Source: Actinomycetales bacterium
GTDB taxonomy: Bacteria > Actinomycetota > Actinomycetes > Actinomycetales > Microbacteriaceae
Direction: 5' to 3'
DNA length: 64,000 nucleotides
Assembly (NCBI GenBank): GCA_015655415.1
Contig: JAATFB010000025.1
Span: 5,237 to 69,236 of the forward strand
Part shown: positions 1-10,183 of the stretch, piece after piece
Layout of the letters: each line of letters begins with the position of its first letter
Numbering within the stretch: position 1 is the stretch's first letter
The notes under the pieces: generated by a model
Databases searched by the model: none
Seen by the model: the letters and a program-made list of their open reading frames with translations, nothing else
What the model was told of the DNA's origin: nothing
Position numbers and translations under genes: made by a program

Positions 1-35
1 CTCTCCGATCTTGGGCGATCGCGCCCGTACCCGCT

Positions 36-2378
36 TCAGAGGGGCGGGGCCGGCCGATCGTGCGTGGGCTCGCTCCGGCTCTCCCCCTGCACCGTCTCGA
101 CGCGGACGTGCCGCCCGTCGGCGTGCGCCGAGAACGCGCCGTCTCGATCACGGGCGAGCGCGACGTCGGTGGCGGCGCCATCGACCCCGACGACGCGCAC
201 CGTCGTCGGCTCCGCGCCGGGATAGACCCGCAGGGTCAGCCCGTCGAGGTAGTCGTAGTCCGGCCGGTCGTCGTGCGCCCCCACCGGCAGCACCGCACCG
301 TCGCGCACATACAGCGGCAACGAGTCGAGACCGTGCGTCTCGGTGCGCCATCCGCCTGCGGCCACGTGCTCGCCGGTGAGCAGGCTCGTCCAGCCGCCCT
401 CCGGCAGGTAGAACTGCACGGTTCCGTCGTCGGTGAACACGGGCGCGACAAGGATGTCCGGCCCCAGCATGTACTGCCGATCGAGGTAGGAGACGCCCGG
501 GTCGTCGGGGAACTCGAGCAGCATCGGTCGCATCACGGGGACACCACGCCCGGATGCCTCGGCACCCGCCGCGAACAGGTAGGGCATGAGCCGGTTCTTC
601 AGCCTCGCGAAGCGCCGAGTCACGGCCACGGCACTCGTCGCGCTCTCGTCGTACTCCCCCGTGACGGGATCGAGGTCGAACGTCCACGGCACGCGGTACG
701 ACTCGCTGCCGTGCAGGCGCGAATGACTGGAGAGCAGGCCGAACGCGACCCAGCGCTTGAAGACGCCCGGATCGGGAGTGCCCTCGAAGCCGCCGATGTC
801 GTGACTCCAGAACGCGAAGCCGCCGAAGGCGAGCGAGAGGCCCCCGCGCAGGGTCTCCGCCATCGACGAGAACGTCGAGGTGCTGTCGCCGCCCCAGTGC
901 ACCGGGAGGCTCTGGCCACCGGTCGTCGCCGCTCTGGCGAACAGCACGGCCTCGCCCTCTCCGCGCTCCTCGACCAGCACGTCGTGCACCGCCTTGTTGT
1001 AGAGCTGGGCGTAGAGGTTGTGCATGCGCTCCGACGACGAGCCGTCTGCGAAGCGGGCGTCGAGCGGGATCCGTTCGCCGAAATCGGTCTTGAACGCGTC
1101 CACGCCTCCGGCGATCAGCGCTCGCAGCTTGTCCTGGAACCAGGCCGTGGCGTGCGGGTTCGTGAAGTCGACGATCGCCATGCCCGGCTGCCAGAGATCC
1201 CATTGCCAGACGTCGCCGTTCGGACGCGTGACCAGGTACCCGTGCTCGGCGCCCTCGGCGAACAAGGGCGAGCGCTGCGCGATGTACGGGTTGATCCAGA
1301 CGCAGACGCGCACGCCCTTCTCGTGCAGTCGTGCGAGCATCCCCTGCGGGTCGGGGAAGACGCGCTGATCCCACTCGAGGTCGCACCAGTTGAACTCGCG
1401 CATCCAGAAGCAGTCGAAGTGGAAGACCGAGAGCGGGAGATCGCGCTGGGCCATCGCGTCGATGAAGGAGCTCACGGTCTGCTCGTCGTACGAGGTCGTG
1501 AAGCTCGTGGAGAGCCAGAGACCGTACGACCACGCCGGAACGCGAGCCGGTCGACCGGTGAGCCGGGTGTAGCGCTCCAGCACGTCCTTCGGCGCGGGTC
1601 CGTCGATGACGTAGAAGCTCAGGCGCTCACCCGGCACCGAGAACTGCACTCGCTCGACCGCCTCCGAGGCGACCTCGAACGACACGTGCCCCGGGTGGTC
1701 GACGAGCACCCCGTAGCCGCGGTTCGTGAGATAGAACGGGACGTTCTTGTACGCCTGCTCGCTCGAGGTGCCCCCGTCGGCGTTCCAGATCTCGACGCTC
1801 TGCCCGTTCTTCACCAGCGGGCCGAAGCGCTCGCCGAGCCCGTAGACGAGCTCGCCGACCGCGAGATCGAGCTGGCCGAGCACGTACGACGGCGATGTGA
1901 CCGGGATGCCCTCGTCGGCGACCCACGCGTCACTGCAGACGAGGGCGCCGTCGTCGAGGCTGACGCGGGCGAGCGACTTGTTCCCGCTGGAGGTGAGCAC
2001 GCGCCCCCTGGCCGAGAACTCGAGTCGCCAGGGTGCCCCGCGTTCCACCGTCGCGGTCAGATCGCCACTGGTCAGCGTGCCGCGCTCATCGTCGACCCGG
2101 ATGCTCGCGGCATGCGGCTCACGCCCCACCAGCTCGAAGCCGCGCTCGCCGCGTGCCCCGGCGAAGTGCTCCACGTGCACGCCGATCACGCCTTCCATCG
2201 GCGCGTCGAGCCGCACGGTCAGCACGCCGTGGTTCAGCACGTCGCCGCGTGCGCGCACCACCCTGCTGGGCGCCGTGATGACGAGAGACTCGCCGCAGGA
2301 CTCGACGTCGTAGGCCTGCTGCGCGTAGAGGGCGTGCACCCCTGGTCGAAGCTGCCAGAACCCGTCCGTGAACTTCAT
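36..2378 (-). CDS. yicI: alpha-xylosidase (GH31, YicI-like)
   Basis: Starts [13 protein letters not shown]; GLGERF, DGGTSSEQAYKNVPFY, FHFDCFWM, KTDFGERIP (nucleophile), HWGGD, WSHDIGGF. Start overlaps the upstream stop (ATGA). Confidence 0.93.
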   Translation of the reverse strand: MKFTDGFWQLRPGVHALYAQQAYDVESCGESLVITAPSRVVRARGDVLNHGVLTVRLDAPMEGVIGVHVEHFAGARGERGFELVGREPHAASIRVDDERGTLTSGDLTATVERGAPWRLEFSARGRVLTSSGNKSLARVSLDDGALVCSDAWVADEGIPVTSPSYVLGQLDLAVGELVYGLGERFGPLVKNGQSVEIWNADGGTSSEQAYKNVPFYLTNRGYGVLVDHPGHVSFEVASEAVERVQFSVPGERLSFYVIDGPAPKDVLERYTRLTGRPARVPAWSYGLWLSTSFTTSYDEQTVSSFIDAMAQRDLPLSVFHFDCFWMREFNWCDLEWDQRVFPDPQGMLARLHEKGVRVCVWINPYIAQRSPLFAEGAEHGYLVTRPNGDVWQWDLWQPGMAIVDFTNPHATAWFQDKLRALIAGGVDAFKTDFGERIPLDARFADGSSSERMHNLYAQLYNKAVHDVLVEERGEGEAVLFARAATTGGQSLPVHWGGDSTSTFSSMAETLRGGLSLAFGGFAFWSHDIGGFEGTPDPGVFKRWVAFGLLSSHSRLHGSESYRVPWTFDLDPVTGEYDESATSAVAVTRRFARLKNRLMPYLFAAGAEASGRGVPVMRPMLLEFPDDPGVSYLDRQYMLGPDILVAPVFTDDGTVQFYLPEGGWTSLLTGEHVAAGGWRTETHGLDSLPLYVRDGAVLPVGAHDDRPDYDYLDGLTLRVYPGAEPTTVRVVGVDGAATDVALARDRDGAFSAHADGRHVRVETVQGESRSEPTHDRPAPPL

Positions 2379-3490
2379 CCGATCAGTCCTTGCGCCGCAG
2401 ACCCCCACGACTCGAGCACGGCCCTCACGTCGTCGCGCCGTTCCTGCGCGATCGCGGTGTGATACGCATCCTCGAGGACGTCGTCGAGCGAGACCGTGCG
2501 CGAAGCGTCGGCGGAGAGCACGGCGGCCTCGACCATGGCGAGGCTGTAGACGTTCGAGTGCACGTCGCCGTCGGGTGTGCGGCCCGTGCGCAGGGCGTCG
2601 ACGAAGTCGTCGAGGGCCCCCGCAATCTCCGAGCGTGCGGTCGATCTGCTCGTCGGCCGCGGCCGCCGTCCATCCGCGAGCTCCACCTCCGGGTGTCCCT
2701 CGCCGTCCCAGCTCGCTGAGCCCAGCGCGCCGCTGACGCGCCAGCGTCCGTTCCACGATGTCTCCAGGCCAGGGCTGCACCAGCTGCCGGTGAAGGTGTA
2801 GCGGGTTCCGCCCTCGAACTCGAAGACGGCCGTCGCCGCCGCGTCGCCCCGGTACCAGCTCCAGCTCGGATTGAAGCTCCGGCAGTCCACCGAGACCGGG
2901 TCGGCGTCGAGCAGGTAGCGGGAGGCGTCGAAGGCGTGGATGGCCATGTCAACCAGCAGCGGGTGCGCCATCTCCTCGCGGAAACCGCCGAAGTGCGGCG
3001 CCTTGAAGAACTCCGTGGTCACGATCCCGATGCCGCCGAGCAGGGCGACGGCGTCCTTCAGCTCGGCCAGCACGGGGTAGTACCGCCGCGACTGGCTGGT
3101 CATCAGCAGCTGCCCGGATAGCTCTTCCGCGGCGATCAGCGACAGCGTCTCGGCGACGGTCGGCGCGATCGGCTTCTCGCACAGCACCGGCAGCCCGCCG
3201 AGGAGCGCTTCGGTGTTCACCGCATGGTGCGCAGGCGGGACCGTGACGTCGATGACGGCCTGCGCCCCCGACTCGGCCGCTACCGCGGCCACGGAGTCCC
3301 CCACGACGATCGCAGGCTCCCGGTCGGCGACGGCGCCGCGAGCAAGCCCGAGGTCCAGGTCGACGACTCCGACGAGCTCGACCTCGGGAGTCTCGGTGAT
3401 GACCTGAAGCCAGTGCCTCCCCATGGCTCCGGCGCCGACGAGCACCACGCGGATGGGCCCATCACCGGACACCGTGGCGAACCGGCTCAT
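2375..3490 (-). CDS. Gfo/Idh/MocA family NAD(P)-dependent oxidoreductase
   Basis: VLVGAGAMG Rossmann motif, [13 protein letters not shown]; ATGA coupling at both ends. Confidence 0.88.
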   Translation of the reverse strand: MSRFATVSGDGPIRVVLVGAGAMGRHWLQVITETPEVELVGVVDLDLGLARGAVADREPAIVVGDSVAAVAAESGAQAVIDVTVPPAHHAVNTEALLGGLPVLCEKPIAPTVAETLSLIAAEELSGQLLMTSQSRRYYPVLAELKDAVALLGGIGIVTTEFFKAPHFGGFREEMAHPLLVDMAIHAFDASRYLLDADPVSVDCRSFNPSWSWYRGDAAATAVFEFEGGTRYTFTGSWCSPGLETSWNGRWRVSGALGSASWDGEGHPEVELADGRRPRPTSRSTARSEIAGALDDFVDALRTGRTPDGDVHSNVYSLAMVEAAVLSADASRTVSLDDVLEDAYHTAIAQERRDDVRAVLESWGSAAQGLIG

Positions 3491-4284
3491 TCGCTCTCGT
3501 CCCTGTTGTGCAGGGCACCCTGGTAGGCGCGCCCGTGGAAGAAGTCCCCCGACTCGTAGCGCAGGAGCGTCGGCAGCGTTCTCGTCGGGCGGTCGGAGGC
3601 AGCCCACGCGACGCCGTTGGCGATCACCTTCAGGACATCTGCGTGGTGGTACACGGGGAAGTCCTGATCGCCGGGGCTGAAGTAGAAGATCTTGCCGTTG
3701 CCGCGGCGGTAGGTGATGCCGCTGCGGAACACCTCGCCGCCGGAGAACGAGCTGATGAAGACGATCTCGTCCGGACGCGGAACGTCGAACTGCTCGCCGT
3801 ACATCTCCTGCTGCGGTATCTCGATCGGATGCGGCACGCCCTGCGCGATCGGATGCGTCGGGTCGACCGTCCAGACCAGCTCGCGGTCGTTCTCGCTGCG
3901 CCACCGAAGGGTGCAGGTCGTGCCCATCAGCCTCCGGAAGATCTTGGACCAGTGCCCGGAGTGCAGCACCACCAGCCCCATGCCCTCCAGCACGTGGCGG
4001 TGCACGCGCTCGACGACGTCGTCGGAGACCTCGGCGTGCGCCGCGTGTCCCCACCAGGTGAGCACGTCCGTCTCGGCGAGCCGCTCCTCGGTGAGGCCGT
4101 GCTCGGGATCGTCGAGCACCGCCGTCGCCACCACCGCGCGCTCGCCCAGGTTCTCCTCGATGCCTGCCCTGATCGCGTTGTGCATGCCTTCCGGGTAGAT
4201 CTCGGCGACGTGCGGCTCGAGCCTCTCGTGCCGGTTCTCTCCCCAGACGACGACGCGCAACGGACGGTCGGGAGTGGCTTTCAC
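3487..4284 (-). CDS. ThuA (trehalose utilisation) domain protein
   Basis: [50 protein letters not shown] typical of ThuA. Confidence 0.88.
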   Translation of the reverse strand: MKATPDRPLRVVVWGENRHERLEPHVAEIYPEGMHNAIRAGIEENLGERAVVATAVLDDPEHGLTEERLAETDVLTWWGHAAHAEVSDDVVERVHRHVLEGMGLVVLHSGHWSKIFRRLMGTTCTLRWRSENDRELVWTVDPTHPIAQGVPHPIEIPQQEMYGEQFDVPRPDEIVFISSFSGGEVFRSGITYRRGNGKIFYFSPGDQDFPVYHHADVLKVIANGVAWAASDRPTRTLPTLLRYESGDFFHGRAYQGALHNRDESE

Positions 4285-4336
4285 GTGGTTCTCCTTCGTG
4301 GTTCGGTTCTACTCGATGGCGCCGATTCTGGAGGCG

Positions 4337-5197
4337 TCACTTGATCGCGCCGCCTAGGGCTCCGGCGGCGATGTACTTCTGGGCGATGATCAACAGCACA
4401 CCGGCGGGAACGGAGGCGATCACCGCCGTCGCCATGACCGGGCCCCACTGCGACACGTTGGCGCCGATGTAGTTGTAGATGCCGAGCGTGATCGGTCGGA
4501 CGGCCGGAGTGCTCGTCAGCGTCAGCGCGAACAGGAAGTCGCCCCATGCTCCGAGGAAGGTGAACAGCGCGGCCGTGATGATCGCGTTCCTGCTGATCGG
4601 CACGACGATGGAGAGGAACGCCCTGAAGTTGTTCGCGCCGTCCACCAGCGCCGCCTCGACGAGGCTCTGCGGGATGGAGGCCATGAACGCGCGCATCAGG
4701 ATGATGGCGAACGGGACCTGCACCGCGCTGTCCGCCAGGATCAGCCCCAGGTACGAGTTCAACAACCCCCAGTCGTTGAACAGGGCGTAGAGCGCATTGG
4801 CGATCACGATCGTCGGGATCATCTGCGTGATGAGCAGCACGAAGACGAAGACCGTCATGCCCCTCATCTTGAATCGGGCGAGCCCGTACGCGGCCGGGGT
4901 GGCCACCACGATGGTGAGCAGCACGGCGCTGACCGAGACGATCAGGCTGGTCACGAGGTTCGCGCCCTGCTGCTGGATGGCCGCCTCGTAACCGGCGAGG
5001 GTCGGATGGAACGGGAACCACTCGGTGTTCGCGGCACCCGAGTTCGACTGCAGGCTGCTGTTGATCATCCAGTACACGGGGAACACCATGATGGCCAGGA
5101 AGACGACGCCCAGCACGGTCATCGGCCATTTTCTGGCGTGCTTGCGACGCTCGACCTGCATGCCGGCTGGCAGCACCACCGCCCGAGTCGCGCTCAT
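4337..5197 (-). CDS. carbohydrate ABC transporter permease
   Basis: Multiple TM segments; EAA loop SIPQSLVEAALVDGA; start MSATRAV overlaps the upstream stop. Confidence 0.9.
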   Translation of the reverse strand: MSATRAVVLPAGMQVERRKHARKWPMTVLGVVFLAIMVFPVYWMINSSLQSNSGAANTEWFPFHPTLAGYEAAIQQQGANLVTSLIVSVSAVLLTIVVATPAAYGLARFKMRGMTVFVFVLLITQMIPTIVIANALYALFNDWGLLNSYLGLILADSAVQVPFAIILMRAFMASIPQSLVEAALVDGANNFRAFLSIVVPISRNAIITAALFTFLGAWGDFLFALTLTSTPAVRPITLGIYNYIGANVSQWGPVMATAVIASVPAGVLLIIAQKYIAAGALGGAIK

Positions 5198-6150
5198 TCG
5201 TCGACCGCCTTCCGGTTCACGAAGAGGTAGATGCTCGCGAAGAGCAGCGAGACCACGATCAGGACGTTGCTGATGGCGGCACCCTGACCGAATGCGAACT
5301 GCACGAACGAGTTCTGGTAGGCCCAGGTCGCGAGCGTCTGCGTGGAGTTCGCGGGGCCGCCGCCGGTGAGGCCCAGGATGATGTCCACCACCTTGAGGGT
5401 GTAGACCACCCCGAGCACGATCACCACGCTGACCACCGAACGGATGCTCGGCCACGTGATGTATCGGAACGCCCGCCATCCGACGGCGCCGTCGAGCGCC
5501 GCCGCCTCGTACAGCTCCTCCGGAACGGCCTGCAGCCCGGTGTACAGGATCGTCGCGTTGAACGGGATGCCCAGCCACACGTTCACACCGATCACCGCGA
5601 CCAGCGCAAGGCTCGGACTGACAAGCCACGGGATTGGGTGCACGCCGAACACGCCCAGGAACTGGTTCAACGCGCCGCTTCCCTGGTCGAGGATCCACTT
5701 CCACACCGCGGCGGAGGCGATGAGCGGAAGGAGCCAGGGCAGCAGCAGCAGGGAGCGCAGGAACCCACTGAGCGGGAAGTGCCGCTTGAAGAACAGCGCC
5801 AGGCCCAGCCCGATGCCGAACTGCAGGACGATCGAGCCGACGGTGAACAGCGCCGTGTTGACCACGGTGGCCGAGAAGATGGGGTTGCCGAACACGCTCG
5901 CGTAGTTCGCCAACCCCACCCACGGGGCGACTCCGGTGTAGAAGGTGGTTGTCGTGTAGTCCTGCAGCGACATCACGACGTTCTGCACGATCGGGTAGCC
6001 GAAGAACACCAGCACGAACAGGATCGCCGGTGCCACGAACAGCCACCTGGTGAGGTAGCGACCGAGACGTGCGCCGTGGCGACGGGGGTCGCCTGCTCGT
6101 CGTGCCGCACGCGCGGCGCTCGCGTCGAGGCGAGCATCCACTGAGGTCAT
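5194..6150 (-). CDS. carbohydrate ABC transporter permease
   Basis: WVGLANY, GLQAVPEELYEAAALDGA, LTGGGP. Confidence 0.9.
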   Translation of the reverse strand: MTSVDARLDASAARAARRAGDPRRHGARLGRYLTRWLFVAPAILFVLVFFGYPIVQNVVMSLQDYTTTTFYTGVAPWVGLANYASVFGNPIFSATVVNTALFTVGSIVLQFGIGLGLALFFKRHFPLSGFLRSLLLLPWLLPLIASAAVWKWILDQGSGALNQFLGVFGVHPIPWLVSPSLALVAVIGVNVWLGIPFNATILYTGLQAVPEELYEAAALDGAVGWRAFRYITWPSIRSVVSVVIVLGVVYTLKVVDIILGLTGGGPANSTQTLATWAYQNSFVQFAFGQGAAISNVLIVVSLLFASIYLFVNRKAVDE

Positions 6151-6221
6151 CTCAGACTCCTAGAGCGCTTCGGGCCTGCGACTCGACACCGAGCCGCAAG
6201 GGGTTGCATCCGTCGCCCCGG

Positions 6222-7451
6222 CTACTTGTTCTGCCCCTGGGCCTGCTGGAGGGCCGCCTGGGGGCTGGCCTTGCCGGTGAGCGCCAGCTGCACGGCGGTG
6301 TAGATCGCGGTGGCCGCCTTCGGCCACTTCGGTCCCAGCTCGGCCGTGCGGGCACGGGCCGTCTTCACCGTCTCCACGAACGACTCGACCTGCGGGTGCG
6401 TCTTCGCCCACTGGGCCGCGGCGGCCTGCTCGGCGGGAACGTTGCCGGAGATCTTCGCGATCTTCAGCTGCGTCGCGGGCTTGTTCAGGCACGCGACGAA
6501 CTTGCCGGCCAACGCCATCGTGGTCTTGTTCCCCGTGTTCGGCACGTTGAAGGTCTCACCGCCGAGAGGCGACACGACCTTCTGCGACGGGGTCCGGGTC
6601 GGGATGGGCACGCTGTCGAAGTGGAGGCCCTTCGTGGTGTTGAGCACCGGAAGCTGCCAGGGACCGTTGATCATCATGGCCGCCTTGCCCGCGACGAACT
6701 GGTTGTTGACGTCCTGCTGAGACCAGTTCACCGAGCTCTTGGACATCGAGCCGTCGTTCTGCAGATCGACGACGAACTGGAGGGCCTGCGCGGCGGACGC
6801 CGTGTCGATGTTCTTCTCGTCTCCGCCGTTGGTCCAGAAGAAGGGCAGGAACTGCCAGGTCCCCTCGTAGGTGTTGATGTTGCTCATGGCGAAGCCGTAC
6901 ACACCCTTGCCGGGATCGGTGAGCTTCAGTGCGGCGGCCTTGAGCTCGTCCCACGTCTTCGGAGGCGTGATGCCTGCGGCGTTGAGCATGTCCACGTTGT
7001 AGTAGAGGGCGATCGAGTTGATCACGGGCGCGAGTCCGTAGACCTCGCCCTGGTAGGTTCCGGCCTTCACCACGGAGGGCACGTCGCCCTTCGGCGCGGT
7101 CACGCCGTAGTTCTTGAGCGGTGTCAGGGCACCGGTTGCCGCGATCTGCTGCACGTCGGGGTTGTCGAGCATGAGCACGTCGGGCAGCGTCTTCGAGGAT
7201 GCCTGCTGCAGGACCTTCTGGATCAGCGAGGCGCCTGCGATGTGCACGGGATCGACCTTCGCACCGATCTGGGAGCCGCACTGCCTGTAGACGGAGTTGT
7301 ACCCGCTCATGCTCGGGTTCGACGAGTAGTAGTCCTCGACGGTGAGGGTCGGCTTGCCTCCCGAAGGAGCCGAGCCGGAGGAACAGGCCGCCAGTGACAG
7401 CGAGATCGCGGCCGCCGAGGCGATCCCCGCGATGATGCGTGACTTCTTCAC
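6222..7451 (-). CDS. sugar ABC transporter solute-binding lipoprotein (family 1)
   Basis: GTG start after GGAG; lipobox LSLAAC; LPDV, LYYN, PKTWDEL, FVAGKAAMMINGPW. Confidence 0.88.
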   Translation of the reverse strand: MKKSRIIAGIASAAAISLSLAACSSGSAPSGGKPTLTVEDYYSSNPSMSGYNSVYRQCGSQIGAKVDPVHIAGASLIQKVLQQASSKTLPDVLMLDNPDVQQIAATGALTPLKNYGVTAPKGDVPSVVKAGTYQGEVYGLAPVINSIALYYNVDMLNAAGITPPKTWDELKAAALKLTDPGKGVYGFAMSNINTYEGTWQFLPFFWTNGGDEKNIDTASAAQALQFVVDLQNDGSMSKSSVNWSQQDVNNQFVAGKAAMMINGPWQLPVLNTTKGLHFDSVPIPTRTPSQKVVSPLGGETFNVPNTGNKTTMALAGKFVACLNKPATQLKIAKISGNVPAEQAAAAQWAKTHPQVESFVETVKTARARTAELGPKWPKAATAIYTAVQLALTGKASPQAALQQAQGQNK

Positions 7452-7509
7452 GAATGAGCTCCTTTGCTTCTTTCGAAAAAGGTTGTCCAGTCGGCCGCAC
7501 AGAGCCGAG

Positions 7510-7523
7510 GTAAAGCGCTTGAC
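7510..7523. promoter_or_regulatory. LacI-family operator GTAAAGCGCTTGAC
   Basis: AAGCGCTT core palindrome between the divergent SBP and LacI genes. Confidence 0.7.
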
Positions 7524-7600
7524 CTGGTGACCGCGACCGGGGGACCGATGATCGTGAGGTGGGGCGCTTTCAGGCATTCTGGTTACCGCCGCCTCGGAAA

Positions 7601-7614
7601 GTCAAGCGCTTGAC
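7601..7614. promoter_or_regulatory. LacI-family operator GTCAAGCGCTTGAC (perfect palindrome)
   Basis: Perfect 14-bp palindrome with central CG, next to a LacI gene; second copy at 7510. Confidence 0.75.
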
Positions 7615-7759
7615 CACGCCCGCCGTCGCCCGATGCCCTACGAGCGCGGGGCGACGGGAGCTCGAACGGGCTCCTGCCGCGCGAATGGCCCGGGCGCGCA
7701 CGGCGGCGTGAGAACATGGCACGGGCACACACACCGGCAGGAGAACGAGGACAGGCGCC

Positions 7760-8806
7760 GTGGTCACTATGCAGCAGGTGGCGGACCGGGCCCGCGTGTC
7801 GATCTCGACGGTCTCCTTCGTGGTGAACGACACCAAGCCCGTCAGCGCCGACACCCGCGAGCGCGTCCTCAGGGCCATCGACGAGCTCGGCTACCGGCGC
7901 AACTCGATGGCGCGGGCCCTTGCCAGCCGCAAGTCCCGTGTCATCGCCCTCATCTACCCCCTCCTGGACCATCGGCACCACCACTCGTTCGTCGACGCCG
8001 CGGCGACGGCGGCGGAGGAACGCGGCTACAGCCTGGTGCTCTGGCCGATCCACAGCGACAACGTCTCGACCGAGATCGCCTCGCTCATCCAGGCCGGTTT
8101 CGCCGACGGCGTGCTGCTCATGGAGGTCCAGCTCGAGGACGAACGGGTGTCGCACCTGCAGCGGGCGGGGGCGCCGTTCGCGCTCATCGGACGGACACGC
8201 GACCTGGAGGGGATCGACTACGTCGACATCGACTTCGAGCGCTCGATCGATCTCTCGGTGGGCGACCTGACCGCGCTCGGCCACCGCACCATCAGCCTGA
8301 TCGTCGAGGACCTCTCCGGCACGCCGCTGGCCGGATACAGTCCGCCGATCCGCGCGGAGAGGGCGTTTCACGAGGCGATCGGCGAGCGCGGCCTGACCGG
8401 GGAGGTCTTCCGGGTCCCGCACGAGCGGGCATCCATCCTGTCGTTGACCGATGAGCTCGTGCGGCGTGCGCCTGGGACCACCGCGGTGATCGGCATGCAC
8501 GACGAGGCCACATTCGCACTCGTCAACGGGCTGCGGCATCGCGGCTTCCGTATTCCGGACGACATCTCGATCGTGGGCGTGGCGAGCGCCACGGCGATGT
8601 CGGCGTTCATGGACCCGGCGCTGAGCACCTACGACGCCCCCGGGAGCGCCCTCGGAAGGCTGGCGGCCGAGGCGCTCATCGACCGGCTGGAGGGGCGCGC
8701 CGGAGCTCCGACGCAGGTGCGGATCGCGTGCACGCTGGTGGAGGGCGCATCGATGGGGCCGGCTCCGCGTGATCGCCCGGCGCTGCACGCCGGATCAGGT
8801 CGCTGA
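7760..8806 (+). CDS. LacI family transcriptional regulator
   Basis: VTMQQVADRARVSISTVSFVVN HTH, LGYRRNSMARAL hinge, PDDISIVG. Confidence 0.92.
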   Translation: MVTMQQVADRARVSISTVSFVVNDTKPVSADTRERVLRAIDELGYRRNSMARALASRKSRVIALIYPLLDHRHHHSFVDAAATAAEERGYSLVLWPIHSDNVSTEIASLIQAGFADGVLLMEVQLEDERVSHLQRAGAPFALIGRTRDLEGIDYVDIDFERSIDLSVGDLTALGHRTISLIVEDLSGTPLAGYSPPIRAERAFHEAIGERGLTGEVFRVPHERASILSLTDELVRRAPGTTAVIGMHDEATFALVNGLRHRGFRIPDDISIVGVASATAMSAFMDPALSTYDAPGSALGRLAAEALIDRLEGRAGAPTQVRIACTLVEGASMGPAPRDRPALHAGSGR

Positions 8807-8856
8807 TCGACCACGGAGCCGCCGGGAAGGCCTCGACTACGGCCCGCGTCGTCTGA

Positions 8857-8879
8857 TATGTTTGGCGGCGCAACAAATA
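8857..8879. promoter_or_regulatory. possible ROK/XylR-type operator upstream of xylA
   Basis: AT-rich imperfect inverted repeat TATGTTT-N9-ACAAATA about 30 nt before the xylA start; regulator assignment is inference. Confidence 0.4.
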
Positions 8880-8907
8880 CTCATCAACGACGCTGAAGGA
8901 TGCTTCC

Positions 8908-10098
8908 ATGGCAGTCACGCCCACGCGCGAAGACAAGTTCTCGTTCGGTCTCTGGACCATCGGCTACAACGGCAGCGACCCGTTCGGCGGCCCGACCCGT
9001 CCCCCGCTCGACGTCGTCGAGGCGGTGGAGAGGCTCAGCGAGCTGGGCGCCTACGGTCTGACCTTCCACGACGACGACCTGTTCGCCTTCGGCTCCACGG
9101 ATGCCGAGCGCCAGAAGCAGATCGACCGGCTCAAGAAGGCGCTGGCCGACACGGGACTCGTCGTCCCCATGGTGACCACCAACCTCTTCTCGGCTCCGGT
9201 CTTCAAGGACGGCGGCTTCACCTCGAACGACCGCCAGGTGCGCCGCTTCGCGCTGCGCAAGGCTCTGCGGCAGCTCGAGCTGGGGGTCGAGCTGGGCGCC
9301 ACGACGTTCGTCATGTGGGGAGGACGCGAGGGAGCGGAGTACGACCCGGCCAAGGACATCCGCTCCGCCCTCGAGCGCTACCGCGAGGCCGTCAACCTGC
9401 TGTCGGAGTACGTGATCGACAAGGGCTACGACATCCGCTTCGCGATCGAGCCGAAGCCGAACGAGCCGCGGGGCGACATCCTCCTGCCGACCCTCGGACA
9501 CGCGCTCGCGTTCATCGACTCCCTGGAGCACCCCGAGCTGGTCGGCCTCAACCCCGAGGTGGGCCACGAGACGATGGCGGGCCTCGACTTCGCCGCCGGC
9601 GTGGCGCAGGCGCTCTACCACGGCAAGCTGTTCCACATCGACCTCAACGGTCAGCGCAGCATCAAATACGACCAGGACCTCGTGTTCGGGCACGGCGATC
9701 TGCACAACGCGTTCGCCCTCGTCGACCTCCTGGAGAACGGCGGCCCGAACGGCGGCCCCGCCTACGACGGCCCCCGCCACTTCGACTACAAGCCGTCGCG
9801 CACCGAGGACATCGAGGGGGTGTGGCAGTCCGCGGCGGCGAACATGCGCACGTACCTGCTGCTCAAGGAGCGCGCCGCCGCGTTCCGTGCCGACCCCGAG
9901 GTGCAGGAGGCGCTGGAGGCGTCGCGCGTCGCCCAGCTCGCCCAGCCCACGCTGGACGAGGGGGAGGGCTACGACGAGCTGCTCGCCGATCGCTCGGCGT
10001 TCGAGGACTTCGACGCCGGTTCCTACTTCGGCGCCAGGGGCTTCGGCTTCGTGCGCCTGCAGCAGCTCGCCACCGAGCACCTGCTGGGAGCCCGCTGA
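8908..10098 (+). CDS. xylA: xylose isomerase (actinobacterial type)
   Basis: [50 protein letters not shown]. Confidence 0.97.
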   Translation: MAVTPTREDKFSFGLWTIGYNGSDPFGGPTRPPLDVVEAVERLSELGAYGLTFHDDDLFAFGSTDAERQKQIDRLKKALADTGLVVPMVTTNLFSAPVFKDGGFTSNDRQVRRFALRKALRQLELGVELGATTFVMWGGREGAEYDPAKDIRSALERYREAVNLLSEYVIDKGYDIRFAIEPKPNEPRGDILLPTLGHALAFIDSLEHPELVGLNPEVGHETMAGLDFAAGVAQALYHGKLFHIDLNGQRSIKYDQDLVFGHGDLHNAFALVDLLENGGPNGGPAYDGPRHFDYKPSRTEDIEGVWQSAAANMRTYLLLKERAAAFRADPEVQEALEASRVAQLAQPTLDEGEGYDELLADRSAFEDFDAGSYFGARGFGFVRLQQLATEHLLGAR

Positions 10099-10183
10099 CC
10101 CGGAACGAGAGTCGTCCCCGGCCGTGCACTCCGCGGGCGGGGACGAAGAGCGGCCGGGATCGTCGCCGCACGACGGAGGAGAC

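Noticed and set aside
2379-2780. N-terminal extensions of ORF-track calls (also the upstream parts of 4337-6046, 13277-15319, 33660-36545, 38015-40861, 57091-59211)
   Set aside because: They overlap neighbouring real genes in another frame; true starts were set by RBS, ATGA/GTGA coupling and family N-termini.
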